DNA of 64,000 bases from Clostridia bacterium (GTDB lineage: Bacteria > Bacillota > Clostridia > Christensenellales > CAG-138), in the NCBI GenBank assembly GCA_017416425.1, contig JAFQCL010000036.1, positions 10,782-74,781 on the forward strand, read 5' to 3'. The notes beneath the pieces were generated by a model that had not been told where the DNA came from, did not search any database, and worked only from the letters and a program-made list of their open reading frames with translations. The first letter of the stretch is position 1, and the number at the start of each line of letters is the position of its first letter. A program made the translations under genes and the position numbers. Positions 38,648 to 46,756 of this stretch are shown here, in pieces.

Positions 38648-40203
38648 TAGTTTATACCTCCGCTCATAAGCTCAACAAATGGATTAAAGTAGTTTTCTTC
38701 CTTTGAAACTACGCCATCAAGACCTTTTCCAGCGTCACGCATACGTTTGATATCCGCAAATATGCCCTTTTCAAGGGTAGCAAATAATCCCATTTGTTCA
38801 ATTTCCTCAAGAAGCACCATGGCCTTTGTAAGCACCTGGTCAGCACGCTTCTCCATAATACCACCATCCTTAAATGTTATCTCATTGCCAAGATCAGCCA
38901 TGGTGCGGAAAATGTATTGCGCATTTTCAATGGCAAGCGCCCTATCCGACATAAACGGAGTATGAATGGCTTCTGTCAGCATACCGAGGAGATGTATTTT
39001 TTGCCCCGTAAGTATAGTGACCATATTAAACAGAGCATCCTGAACGTGACCGCGGAATATATTGCCCGTCATAAATTTGGTGGGTGGCATATATTTGAGC
39101 GGTGCATTAGGGAATATCTCTCTTGCCATCTGAGCTTGTGCTAACTCATAGAGGAAGCCATTTTCCAAATCTGGGGTTATTTCAAAAGCGTGTCCCAATC
39201 CCTGCTGTTTTTCAGGCAAACCTGCGCAAAGCGCAAATTGCTCATTTAAAAACTGAGATGCCAAAACGGTATGCGCTTCTTCGACAGCATCAGCTGTGGT
39301 CAAATAGTTATCCTCACCCGTATTTATTATAACGCCGGCATAGGAATTGATGACCCTTGAAAAATACTGGTCAACAAGAGTTCTTTGCATGTTTATATCA
39401 CGGAAGAGAATGCCATAAAGCGCATCATTAAGCATAACATCAAGACGCTCCAGCGCACCCATAGCAGCTATTTCGGGCATACAAAGACCTGAACAATAAT
39501 TACAAAGCCTTATATAGCGTTTTTCCTCTATTCCAACCTCGTCCAAAGCCGCTCGCATAAGACGGAAATTTTCCTGAGTTGCATAGGTTCCACCGAAGCC
39601 CTCGGTAGTTGCGCCATAGGGTACATAATCAAGCAGGCTTTGACCCGTGGTACGAATAACAGCTATAACATCCGCGCCTTGCTTTGCTGCCGCTTTAGCC
39701 TGGGTTATATCCTCATATATGTTTCCGGTAGCCACTATTACATAAAGATAAGGACCTTCCTTGTCACCGTATTCACGAAGAAATTCATTGCGCTTTGCAA
39801 CATTTCCCTTTATCCGTTCTGTAAAAGCTTTGGCCACGGGCATTATAGCCTTGCGTATATCATTGATATGATTTGATTCGATCGTCGCAAGATCGATCGC
39901 GCCATTATTGATTGCCTCCGCCACACCCTGTGGCGAAAGCCCGGTGGATATCATTGCGTTACCGATGCAGTATGCAGCGCCAAGACTCAGAATATCTCGC
40001 TCCATCATATGGTCTACTACCACATTTGGAAGCGGAACTTCTGACTCATTTACTCCGTCAATGCCAAGGAGTCTGCAAACAGCACGTTCAACTGTAACGG
40101 TTGTATGTAGATCGATGAAGGCTTGCGTGTCAAGCGCAATGCGTCTGGCAGATGCCCTTGCGCGCTCAACCTTTGAAAAATCAAGATGCAGTTTGCTTTC
40201 CAT
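38647..40203 (-). CDS. kamD: lysine 5,6-aminomutase alpha subunit
   Basis: 518 aa large subunit directly upstream of the B12-binding subunit and downstream of kamA. Its length and context match KamD. Confidence 0.8.
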   Translation of the reverse strand: MESKLHLDFSKVERARASARRIALDTQAFIDLHTTVTVERAVCRLLGIDGVNESEVPLPNVVVDHMMERDILSLGAAYCIGNAMISTGLSPQGVAEAINNGAIDLATIESNHINDIRKAIMPVAKAFTERIKGNVAKRNEFLREYGDKEGPYLYVIVATGNIYEDITQAKAAAKQGADVIAVIRTTGQSLLDYVPYGATTEGFGGTYATQENFRLMRAALDEVGIEEKRYIRLCNYCSGLCMPEIAAMGALERLDVMLNDALYGILFRDINMQRTLVDQYFSRVINSYAGVIINTGEDNYLTTADAVEEAHTVLASQFLNEQFALCAGLPEKQQGLGHAFEITPDLENGFLYELAQAQMAREIFPNAPLKYMPPTKFMTGNIFRGHVQDALFNMVTILTGQKIHLLGMLTEAIHTPFMSDRALAIENAQYIFRTMADLGNEITFKDGGIMEKRADQVLTKAMVLLEEIEQMGLFATLEKGIFADIKRMRDAGKGLDGVVSKEENYFNPFVELMSGGIN

Positions 40204-40219
40204 ACACTCACCCTATTCC

Positions 40220-41473
40220 TTAATTATGACGACCGCGCTCAGTACGTTTTAAGCCCTTAGGCTCCATTGAAAGCATCTGTCCCTGCTCAAGCGCAGATAC
40301 ACCTATCGTGTTTGCTTCCCTCTCACCACGGCATACTTCGCAGTTACATGTCTCTTCATAGTGAGTAGGCTCGGTATATGTAGTTATAACGCCTTCAAAA
40401 TTGCGCAGTATCACCCGTTTTGGGGTTTGGCTTATTACATATTGAGGCATGACAGGGGTCTTTCCTCCGCCGCCAGGTGCATCAACAACAAATGTGGGCA
40501 CCGCATAGCCGGATGTATGACCTCTTAAGCCCTCTATTATTTCGATACCCTTTGAAACCGGGGTACGGAAATGTTCAAGACCCATAGAAAGATCGCATTG
40601 ATAGATATAGTATGGGCGAACACGCATTTTAACAAGTTCGTGTACGAGTTTTTTCATAACATGTACGCAGTCGTTTACTCCCGCAAGAAGCACGCTCTGA
40701 TTCCCAAGGGGTATACCGGCGTCTGCAAGCATCGCACAAGCCTTTGCTGCTTCATCGGTTATTTCATCTGGGTGATTAAAATGCGTATTAAGCCATATTG
40801 GATGATACTTTTTAAGCATGTTGCAAAGCTCCGGTGTGATCCTTTGCGGCATCACAACGGGGGTACGAGAACCGATACGGATTATTTCAACATGCGGTAT
40901 CGCGCGAAGACTGCTTATTATGTATTCAAGAGTTGCGTCGTTTTGCATGAGCGCATCACCGCCCGAAAGTAAAACATCGCGAACTTCGGGATGTTTTCTT
41001 ACGTATTCAATGCAGCCATCGATCTGCTTTCTTGGCACCGCACCATCATTTTGTCCTGCAAAGCGTCTTCTTGTGCAGTGGCGGCAATACATGGAGCACT
41101 GGTCGGTTATAAGTAAAAGCACCCTATCCGGATACCTGTGAGTAAGTCCGGGTACGGGAGAGTCTGTATCCTCATGAAGCGGATCGAGAAGATCGGCCTC
41201 AGCACGATGAAGCTCCGCAGCAGTCGGGATAGCCTGCTTACGCACCGGATCATGCAGATCGCTGGGATCGATAAGCGATAGATAATATGGAGTAATAGCC
41301 ATACGGAGCGTTCCCAGACATTTTTTGACACCATCTTCCTCTTCGGGAGTAAGCTTTATGTATTTTTTTAGGTCTTCAAGGGTCTCTATACGGTGAGTAA
41401 CCTGCCAGCGCCAGTCATTCCACTGCTCATTCGGTACATCCGCAAAAAGACCGTACATTCTACTCGATTTCAT
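40220..41473 (-). CDS. kamA: L-lysine 2,3-aminomutase (radical SAM, PLP)
   Basis: CxxxCxxC cluster CSMYCRHCTRR. It also has LLSGGDAL and the C-terminal Zn-site CNCEVC. AAAGGAGG precedes ATG 41473; the longer track start lacks an SD. Confidence 0.9.
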   Translation of the reverse strand: MKSSRMYGLFADVPNEQWNDWRWQVTHRIETLEDLKKYIKLTPEEEDGVKKCLGTLRMAITPYYLSLIDPSDLHDPVRKQAIPTAAELHRAEADLLDPLHEDTDSPVPGLTHRYPDRVLLLITDQCSMYCRHCTRRRFAGQNDGAVPRKQIDGCIEYVRKHPEVRDVLLSGGDALMQNDATLEYIISSLRAIPHVEIIRIGSRTPVVMPQRITPELCNMLKKYHPIWLNTHFNHPDEITDEAAKACAMLADAGIPLGNQSVLLAGVNDCVHVMKKLVHELVKMRVRPYYIYQCDLSMGLEHFRTPVSKGIEIIEGLRGHTSGYAVPTFVVDAPGGGGKTPVMPQYVISQTPKRVILRNFEGVITTYTEPTHYEETCNCEVCRGEREANTIGVSALEQGQMLSMEPKGLKRTERGRHN

Positions 41474-41538
41474 GTGATCCTCCTTTAAACAGAACAGGGA
41501 TGGTGCTATTTTTGCAGCCATCCCCAGAATTTTATTGA

Positions 41539-42579
41539 TTAAACATATTTCTCGTCAAAAAGCTTACGAAGCTTTTCATTTTCACGAAGTACGTTAAGGG
41601 TTATATCTGCATGCTCCTTAGTGTAGCCGTTTCCAACGATCATCGTTACATCCTTACCGATACCCTCTGCACCAAGCGCAGCCTTTGTAAAGCTGGTAGC
41701 CATGGAGAAGAAGTATACGATACCATCATCACGAACGGGAAGGATCGCGCTCATCTCGCAGGACTCGACATTTACACAGCTTATAGAGATATCATATTCC
41801 TTGCCATCATTAGCGGCAAGAGCAGCTTCAAGAACAGCAATAGGCTCTGTTGCGCTTGCAACTACGACTTTATTATATACACCAAGTTCCATGAGAGCGT
41901 CTACCTGCTTGGGATTTCTGACAACGCCTACTACATTTCCCTTGGGACCAACCTTCTTCATGGCTTCATAGCCGCAAAGAACGCCGCTCTTTCCGTTTGC
42001 ACCAAGAATAAGCACACTGTCACCTTCCTTGGGGAGCTTTCTTGCCTGAGCAGGTGCGCCTGCAACATCAAGAGCCGCGAGTGCAAGAGGTTCGCTCATA
42101 TCATCCGGGAGCTTTGCATAAATGCCGCTCTCAAAGAGCACAGCCTGACCGATGATGTCAACACGGTCGATATCCTTATGGATAGCAAGGATCTTCTCTA
42201 TCTTAAGAGGAGTAAGTGAAAGTGATACAAGGGAAGCGATCTTATCGCCAACCTTAAGATCACGATGCGCAAGATCTTCACCGATATAAGCAACTGTGCC
42301 AATAAACATGCCGCCGGAACCAGTTACGGGATTCTGCTGCTTGCCGCGCTCAGCTACAATACCCATTATCATTTCGCCTATCTTCTGCTCATCACCGCCG
42401 CAGGCTTCCTCTATCTGGGTGAATGAAGCTGAATCAATGTTGAGCGACTGTACATCACAGATGATCTCATTGGAATAACGCTTGGTCATATCGTTATCGA
42501 TCCTATAAGCAGCCTGAGTCAAAACGCCCTGGGGCTCAAGAACCCTATGTGTACCATACTTGTTTCCCTTAATTGCCAT
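41539..42579 (-). CDS. kdd: 3,5-diaminohexanoate dehydrogenase
   Basis: About 346 aa from ATG 42579 (GGAGG 8 nt upstream). N-terminus: GNKYGTHRVLEPQGVL. It has a Rossmann-like GANGKSG segment and sits in the kam cluster. Confidence 0.75.
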   Translation of the reverse strand: MAIKGNKYGTHRVLEPQGVLTQAAYRIDNDMTKRYSNEIICDVQSLNIDSASFTQIEEACGGDEQKIGEMIMGIVAERGKQQNPVTGSGGMFIGTVAYIGEDLAHRDLKVGDKIASLVSLSLTPLKIEKILAIHKDIDRVDIIGQAVLFESGIYAKLPDDMSEPLALAALDVAGAPAQARKLPKEGDSVLILGANGKSGVLCGYEAMKKVGPKGNVVGVVRNPKQVDALMELGVYNKVVVASATEPIAVLEAALAANDGKEYDISISCVNVESCEMSAILPVRDDGIVYFFSMATSFTKAALGAEGIGKDVTMIVGNGYTKEHADITLNVLRENEKLRKLFDEKYV

Positions 42580-42636
42580 AAAATTTACCTCCAATAAATT
42601 ATTCTTTTTCTTTCGCTTAAATGAGCTGTATCAAAC

Positions 42637-43464
42637 TTAGTTTCTCGGTTTTAAACCCAGTATTTTCCTTGCCTCATCGGGAGTTGCCACAGGTCTGCCA
42701 AACTCTTTCGCGAGCCTTACTACCTTTTCAACGAGCTCAGCATTGCTCTTTGCCGGTACGCCCTTTTCAAGATATACATTATCTTCAAAGCCAACGCGCA
42801 CATGACCGCCCATGATTATTGCCATAACAGTCATTGGGAACTCAAACCTCCCAACGCCGGCAACGGTCCAAGTCGAGCCTTCCGGTATGCTTTCCGCCAT
42901 AAATATAAGGTCTCTGGGTTCACCTGAAATACCGCCATTTACGCCCATAACAAAGTCAAAGTGCATCGGGGTCTTTATGTGACCCTTCTTCGCAAGGCGC
43001 TTTGCCATATCGATCATGCCCTTATCAAACACTTCTACCTCGGGCTTTATATCAAGAGCGTTCATCTTCGTAACAAAATCAATTATCATGTTCTCGGTGT
43101 TAACAAAGATATCGTCTCCGCCAAAATTACAAGTACCGCAGTCAAGCGTTGCCATTTCCGGACGAAGAGTTATAGGCTGAAGCCTTTCATCATTGGTCAT
43201 ACCAACAGCGCCGCCGGTGGAGGGCTGTATTATGACATCAGGGCAAAGCTCATATATAGCTTTCATACATTCCTCAAAGCGGTCTCGTGACTGAGTGGGA
43301 GTGCCATCGTCCTCACGAACGTGCAGATGAATTATTGAGGCGCCTGCTTTATAAGCGCCATAAGCCTGCTCGGCTATTTCCTGAACCGTATAAGGAACTG
43401 CGGGATTATGCTCCTTTGTTACCTCTGCACCACATATACATGCTGTAATAATAAGCTTTTCCAT
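42637..43464 (-). CDS. kce: 3-keto-5-aminohexanoate cleavage enzyme (BKACE family)
   Basis: 275 aa. LIITACICGAEVTKEHNPAVP and IIHLHVRED fit the TIM-barrel BKACE pattern. Confidence 0.8.
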   Translation of the reverse strand: MEKLIITACICGAEVTKEHNPAVPYTVQEIAEQAYGAYKAGASIIHLHVREDDGTPTQSRDRFEECMKAIYELCPDVIIQPSTGGAVGMTNDERLQPITLRPEMATLDCGTCNFGGDDIFVNTENMIIDFVTKMNALDIKPEVEVFDKGMIDMAKRLAKKGHIKTPMHFDFVMGVNGGISGEPRDLIFMAESIPEGSTWTVAGVGRFEFPMTVMAIIMGGHVRVGFEDNVYLEKGVPAKSNAELVEKVVRLAKEFGRPVATPDEARKILGLKPRN

Positions 43465-43476
43465 AATGTCCTCCTT

Positions 43477-43866
43477 TTATTTTGCGCTTTTACGCTGCTT
43501 ATCAAGCGGAACCACACAAGTTCCGCTTGCTCTTGCTACTACTATAGGTTCAGGAAGAACATCACATGCCGAATCATTTATATCCGGGCGAGGCGCTATT
43601 ACCTTTCTTGCCTCAAATACCATTTTACGAGATGTACGACCACAGCTTACTATTTCACCTATCGCTTCAATGTAATCTCCGGCATAAACAGGCGCGATAA
43701 ACTCGATCATGTCATATGCCTTAAAAAGTCCTTCATCACCATCGTTCATAATAAGCAATTCGGTAGCGACATCACCAAAGAGTTGAAGCATACGAGCCCC
43801 ATCTACAAGGTTCCCGCCATAATGCGCATCGTGCGCACTCATACGCAGCCTGATCACAGATTTCAT
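43477..43866 (-). CDS. kal: 3-aminobutyryl-CoA ammonia-lyase (hot-dog fold)
   Basis: 129 aa, first gene after the riboswitch, with SD AAGGAGG. The size and position match Kal of lysine-fermentation clusters. Confidence 0.7.
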   Translation of the reverse strand: MKSVIRLRMSAHDAHYGGNLVDGARMLQLFGDVATELLIMNDGDEGLFKAYDMIEFIAPVYAGDYIEAIGEIVSCGRTSRKMVFEARKVIAPRPDINDSACDVLPEPIVVARASGTCVVPLDKQRKSAK

Positions 43867-43954
43867 TGTTTAGCCTCCTTGTGGTAGAAAATTTAAAAAA
43901 GCGCCAAAAATCAGCTTTTTAACCGATTGATAGCGCATCATCCCGTGTATAATA

Positions 43955-44004
43955 AACAAAAAACTATTGAAGCGCATTAAAATACATAATATGCGTTTCA
44001 ATAG
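43955..44004 (-). terminator. riboswitch-controlled intrinsic terminator
   Basis: The minus strand reads CUAUUGAAACGCAU - 13-nt loop - AUGCGCUUCAAUAG (13 bp, one A.C mismatch) followed by UUUUUUGUU. Confidence 0.75.
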
Positions 44005-44166
44005 CTCTCCGCCCTCTCAGGACGACAGTCACAACGCGCTAAGCGTTGCGCCCAAATATGGAGTGTGGGTAACACCAATCATATTTTCGGCGATAGCACA
44101 TTCACGCAAAGCACATTACCCCATGTATAACTCAACGCTACCTTACACATCGCTCCTCTATACAAC
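43995..44166 (-). promoter_or_regulatory. lysine riboswitch (L-box) aptamer
   Basis: The minus strand reads GUUGUAUAGAGGAGCGAUG...GGGG...GCUAUCGCCGAAA...UUGGGCGCAACGC...GUGACUGUCGUCCUGAGAGGGCGGAGAGCUAUUGAAAC. This reproduces the conserved L-box blocks (AGAGG-GCG, CGCCGAA, ACUGUC, GGAGAG) in the right order and spacing. Compared from memory with the B. subtilis lysC and T. maritima aptamers. Confidence 0.8.
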
Positions 44167-44177
44167 ATCTTGTTATT

Positions 44178-44207
44178 ATAATACCAAAAGCAAGTAGTTT
44201 TTGTCAA
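44178..44207 (-). promoter_or_regulatory. sigma-A-type promoter of the riboswitch/lysine operon
   Basis: TTGACA (44207..44202, overlapping the TGA stop of the upstream gene), then an 18-nt spacer ending in TGG, then TATTAT (44183..44178). Confidence 0.55.
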
Positions 44208-45655
44208 TAATGTTTTTTTATATAATTCATAAGCAATGGGTTAGTTCCTAAAAGCTCACATATTGAAAGTGCATCGTGAGGTACGATAGACGAATCCTCC
44301 ACAAGATAGACCCCGTAGCTCATAGCCTCTTCAATTATGCTTATGCGGCTCTTATTTGAATTATCAATGCGTTTTTTTAGCCCGTACATATCAGTATCAC
44401 AAAGTCCTTTCACCCTATATTGCCTATCGGCAAACGGAGCCACTCCATCATAATGTGTCGCAAAAAGGCTTATGCAGCGCATATCGCATACATATTCTAC
44501 AGCACCCTTTACGATAGCAGCGCCCTCATCCGGATTGGTACCCCTTGCCAGCTCATCTACAAGCATAAGCGAAAACCCGGATGCTTCAATACCGGAAATA
44601 GCATCGTTTAACTGGGTTATCTCGCTGCCAAAGCTGGATAGCCCCTTGTTATAGTCCCCGGTCGCTCCGGACACCATATAGATATTATCAAAAAGCGGCA
44701 TCTCGCAGCTATTTGCAAATGGAAAAATACCTGCCTGAATACATAGTGCATTAAGTGCAATCGTGTACAGCACAATGCTTTTTCCTCCCATATTCGCCCC
44801 TGTAAGTACGCTTGCACCCATTTCAAGCTCAATGGAAAGAGGTGTAAAGTTACCGCCACTGCGCGACTTTATTGCATATGCAACAGCCGGGTTAAACATA
44901 TTGGTTAACACCAATCTTTTATCAGTGATATGGGGCATAGGACATCCGTATTTTACGGCAAGCGCAGCCTTAGCCATGGAAAAATCAAGTTTTGCTATTG
45001 ATCCTACGGTCGATAGCATCTCCTGAGCGTATGGTCTAAGTTCCATACATAGATTTCGTTTTAAGGCCGTCTCCTCAGCGTCCTCCATGGCTACAAATTC
45101 AGCACGCTTTAGTAGGAGCGACTCTCGCCTCTTTGCATCAGTACATGAATTGATTTGAAGCTCAATCAGGCGCTTCTGCTCACGCGCATAGCTAAGCTTT
45201 TCCGAAAGCGCACCCGAAAGCATGAATGCAGGATTGCGCTTTTTCTCCGGATCTAAAATATCAAGCGCTGCGGAAATGCGGTTGATAGTTATACCACTAA
45301 GCTCAAGCTTAGCATTTAAAGTATCAAAAAGGGGCGCGATCGTGTCAAGCTGCAATAAAAAACGCTTTATTTCAAAAAGTTCTATTTCATTAAGGGTAAG
45401 AGAATCTATGGAAACTATAGATCTCCTTATATCTTTAAGGCTCATGAGCATGTGGGAAATCTTTTTATATTCAGGAAGCTCCTGCGCTTTGCAAAGCTTA
45501 TTTATATTTTCCAACTCCTCAAGGAGCAGCCCTCTTTCCTCTGGTTTAAAAAAGCGCAGCTTACGTTTTAGCTCAGCGCCATATGGCGAGCAGGTCTCTA
45601 TCTCGTTTTTTACAAATGTAAATCCGATCTCATCCATGTATTTTTCATCTATCAT
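44204..45655 (-). CDS. truncated MutS paralogue (ATPase domain V only; no mismatch-binding or Smr domain)
   Basis: Walker A GANMGGKS, Walker B LMLVDELARGTNPDEG, then FATHY. About 483 aa from ATG 45655 (AAGAGG upstream). It has no GDFYE-type N-terminal domain. Confidence 0.8.
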   Translation of the reverse strand: MIDEKYMDEIGFTFVKNEIETCSPYGAELKRKLRFFKPEERGLLLEELENINKLCKAQELPEYKKISHMLMSLKDIRRSIVSIDSLTLNEIELFEIKRFLLQLDTIAPLFDTLNAKLELSGITINRISAALDILDPEKKRNPAFMLSGALSEKLSYAREQKRLIELQINSCTDAKRRESLLLKRAEFVAMEDAEETALKRNLCMELRPYAQEMLSTVGSIAKLDFSMAKAALAVKYGCPMPHITDKRLVLTNMFNPAVAYAIKSRSGGNFTPLSIELEMGASVLTGANMGGKSIVLYTIALNALCIQAGIFPFANSCEMPLFDNIYMVSGATGDYNKGLSSFGSEITQLNDAISGIEASGFSLMLVDELARGTNPDEGAAIVKGAVEYVCDMRCISLFATHYDGVAPFADRQYRVKGLCDTDMYGLKKRIDNSNKSRISIIEEAMSYGVYLVEDSSIVPHDALSICELLGTNPLLMNYIKKHY

Positions 45656-45687
45656 GATATTACCTCTTAATTTTATTGGATCAAATG

Positions 45688-46674
45688 TCACGAGCCCGCT
45701 AAAACGTCAAACACGGGCACATGAACAGCATTACTCATTCGTGATAGAAGTTCTGAAGCAGAAAGACTCATTCCATATGCATTAAAAGGATTTACCGCAA
45801 CACCGATAAGGTTGATTGTCCTAAGTACGGTAAGCTGCATTCCTTTTTTCTTAATCTTATCCGCCGTACCGCTGCTTATAAGAAACTTGCTGGCATCCTC
45901 CGCGCACAGTTCCATGCCGTTAAGCTTTATTCCGCTCATAAGAAGCGGCTTCAGCATTGCATCAGTCACGGCTCCTTTTAAAAATACAGCAGCTACGTTA
46001 GAATTCTTTCTTAATACATCGCATAAAGCTGTTTCTCTTTGGATAATGATGCAGTCATCTTTTGTGTAAAGCGCCATATGCTTATCAAAGCCATGTTTAA
46101 ATCGTTCCGATCTATTAAGCAGTAAAAGCTCACATATATGTGCCGTATCGGTAATGAGCGTATTTATATCAGGTGAATAGGACGCCCCGGCGCATAATAT
46201 CGTAGCCTCAGATACTAACGGGGCAGATAAGGAACGCCTGCTGATAGCTCCGTCTATGAAGACTTTATTCGCGCCTTCTTTTTTCAAGATTTCATTGAGC
46301 AAGATTAGCTGTCCCGTCATAGAAGGGCCCCCGATACGAACATAGCCATCGCTTACCGCACGTATCACAGCTACCTCACCCATGGGCGTAAGCATGCCTG
46401 TAGTAGCTAATATTTCCTTGGTGATATCGCAAAATTTGACCAGATTCGCAGCCGTTGCAATAATAGTATTAGCACGAACATATATCTCCGGCTTTTTTGT
46501 TGAGGTAACTATATCGATAGTCTCTCCGTCCATTCCAATAGAGGTTACCCCAAGTGTTGTATTCGTATCAAAAAGCGACAGCATTTTATTTAAAACGGTA
46601 GTCTTACCGGCATTTTTACACATCCCGATTATGGATATCGCATCATAAGGTTCTATATGAGCTCTCGTCAGCAC
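45688..46674 (-). CDS. uncharacterised P-loop NTPase
   Basis: N-terminal P-loop IIGMCKNAGKTTVLNKM; the rest is unrecognised. GTG 46674 is preceded by GGAGG at 6 nt. The track start at 46692 is TTG without an SD. Confidence 0.6.
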   Translation of the reverse strand: MLTRAHIEPYDAISIIGMCKNAGKTTVLNKMLSLFDTNTTLGVTSIGMDGETIDIVTSTKKPEIYVRANTIIATAANLVKFCDITKEILATTGMLTPMGEVAVIRAVSDGYVRIGGPSMTGQLILLNEILKKEGANKVFIDGAISRRSLSAPLVSEATILCAGASYSPDINTLITDTAHICELLLLNRSERFKHGFDKHMALYTKDDCIIIQRETALCDVLRKNSNVAAVFLKGAVTDAMLKPLLMSGIKLNGMELCAEDASKFLISSGTADKIKKKGMQLTVLRTINLIGVAVNPFNAYGMSLSASELLSRMSNAVHVPVFDVLAGS

Positions 46675-46756
46675 CCTGTACCTCCAATACAATAAAAAAT
46701 ATCACCTTCATATTGTGTGGACAGTCTGAATAACTTTTAATGAAAGGAGATGCCTC

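Noticed and set aside
41611-42219. Long antisense ORFs in the track. Examples: 41611..42219 +, 45222..45785 +, 23492..24046 +, 55828..56325 +, 48252..48776 +, 43408..43887 +, 7150..7581 -, 60578..60946 -, 5404..5694 -
   Set aside because: Each lies fully inside, and opposite to, a gene with clear family motifs. They have low-complexity or Ser/Ile/Phe-rich translations and no SD, so they are shadow ORFs.
44204-45691. Second mutS as a duplicated or decayed mismatch-repair gene
   Set aside because: The reading frame and ATPase motifs are intact, an SD-linked start exists, and a complete mutS-mutL pair lies elsewhere in the window. I treat it as a distinct paralogue, not a pseudogene.
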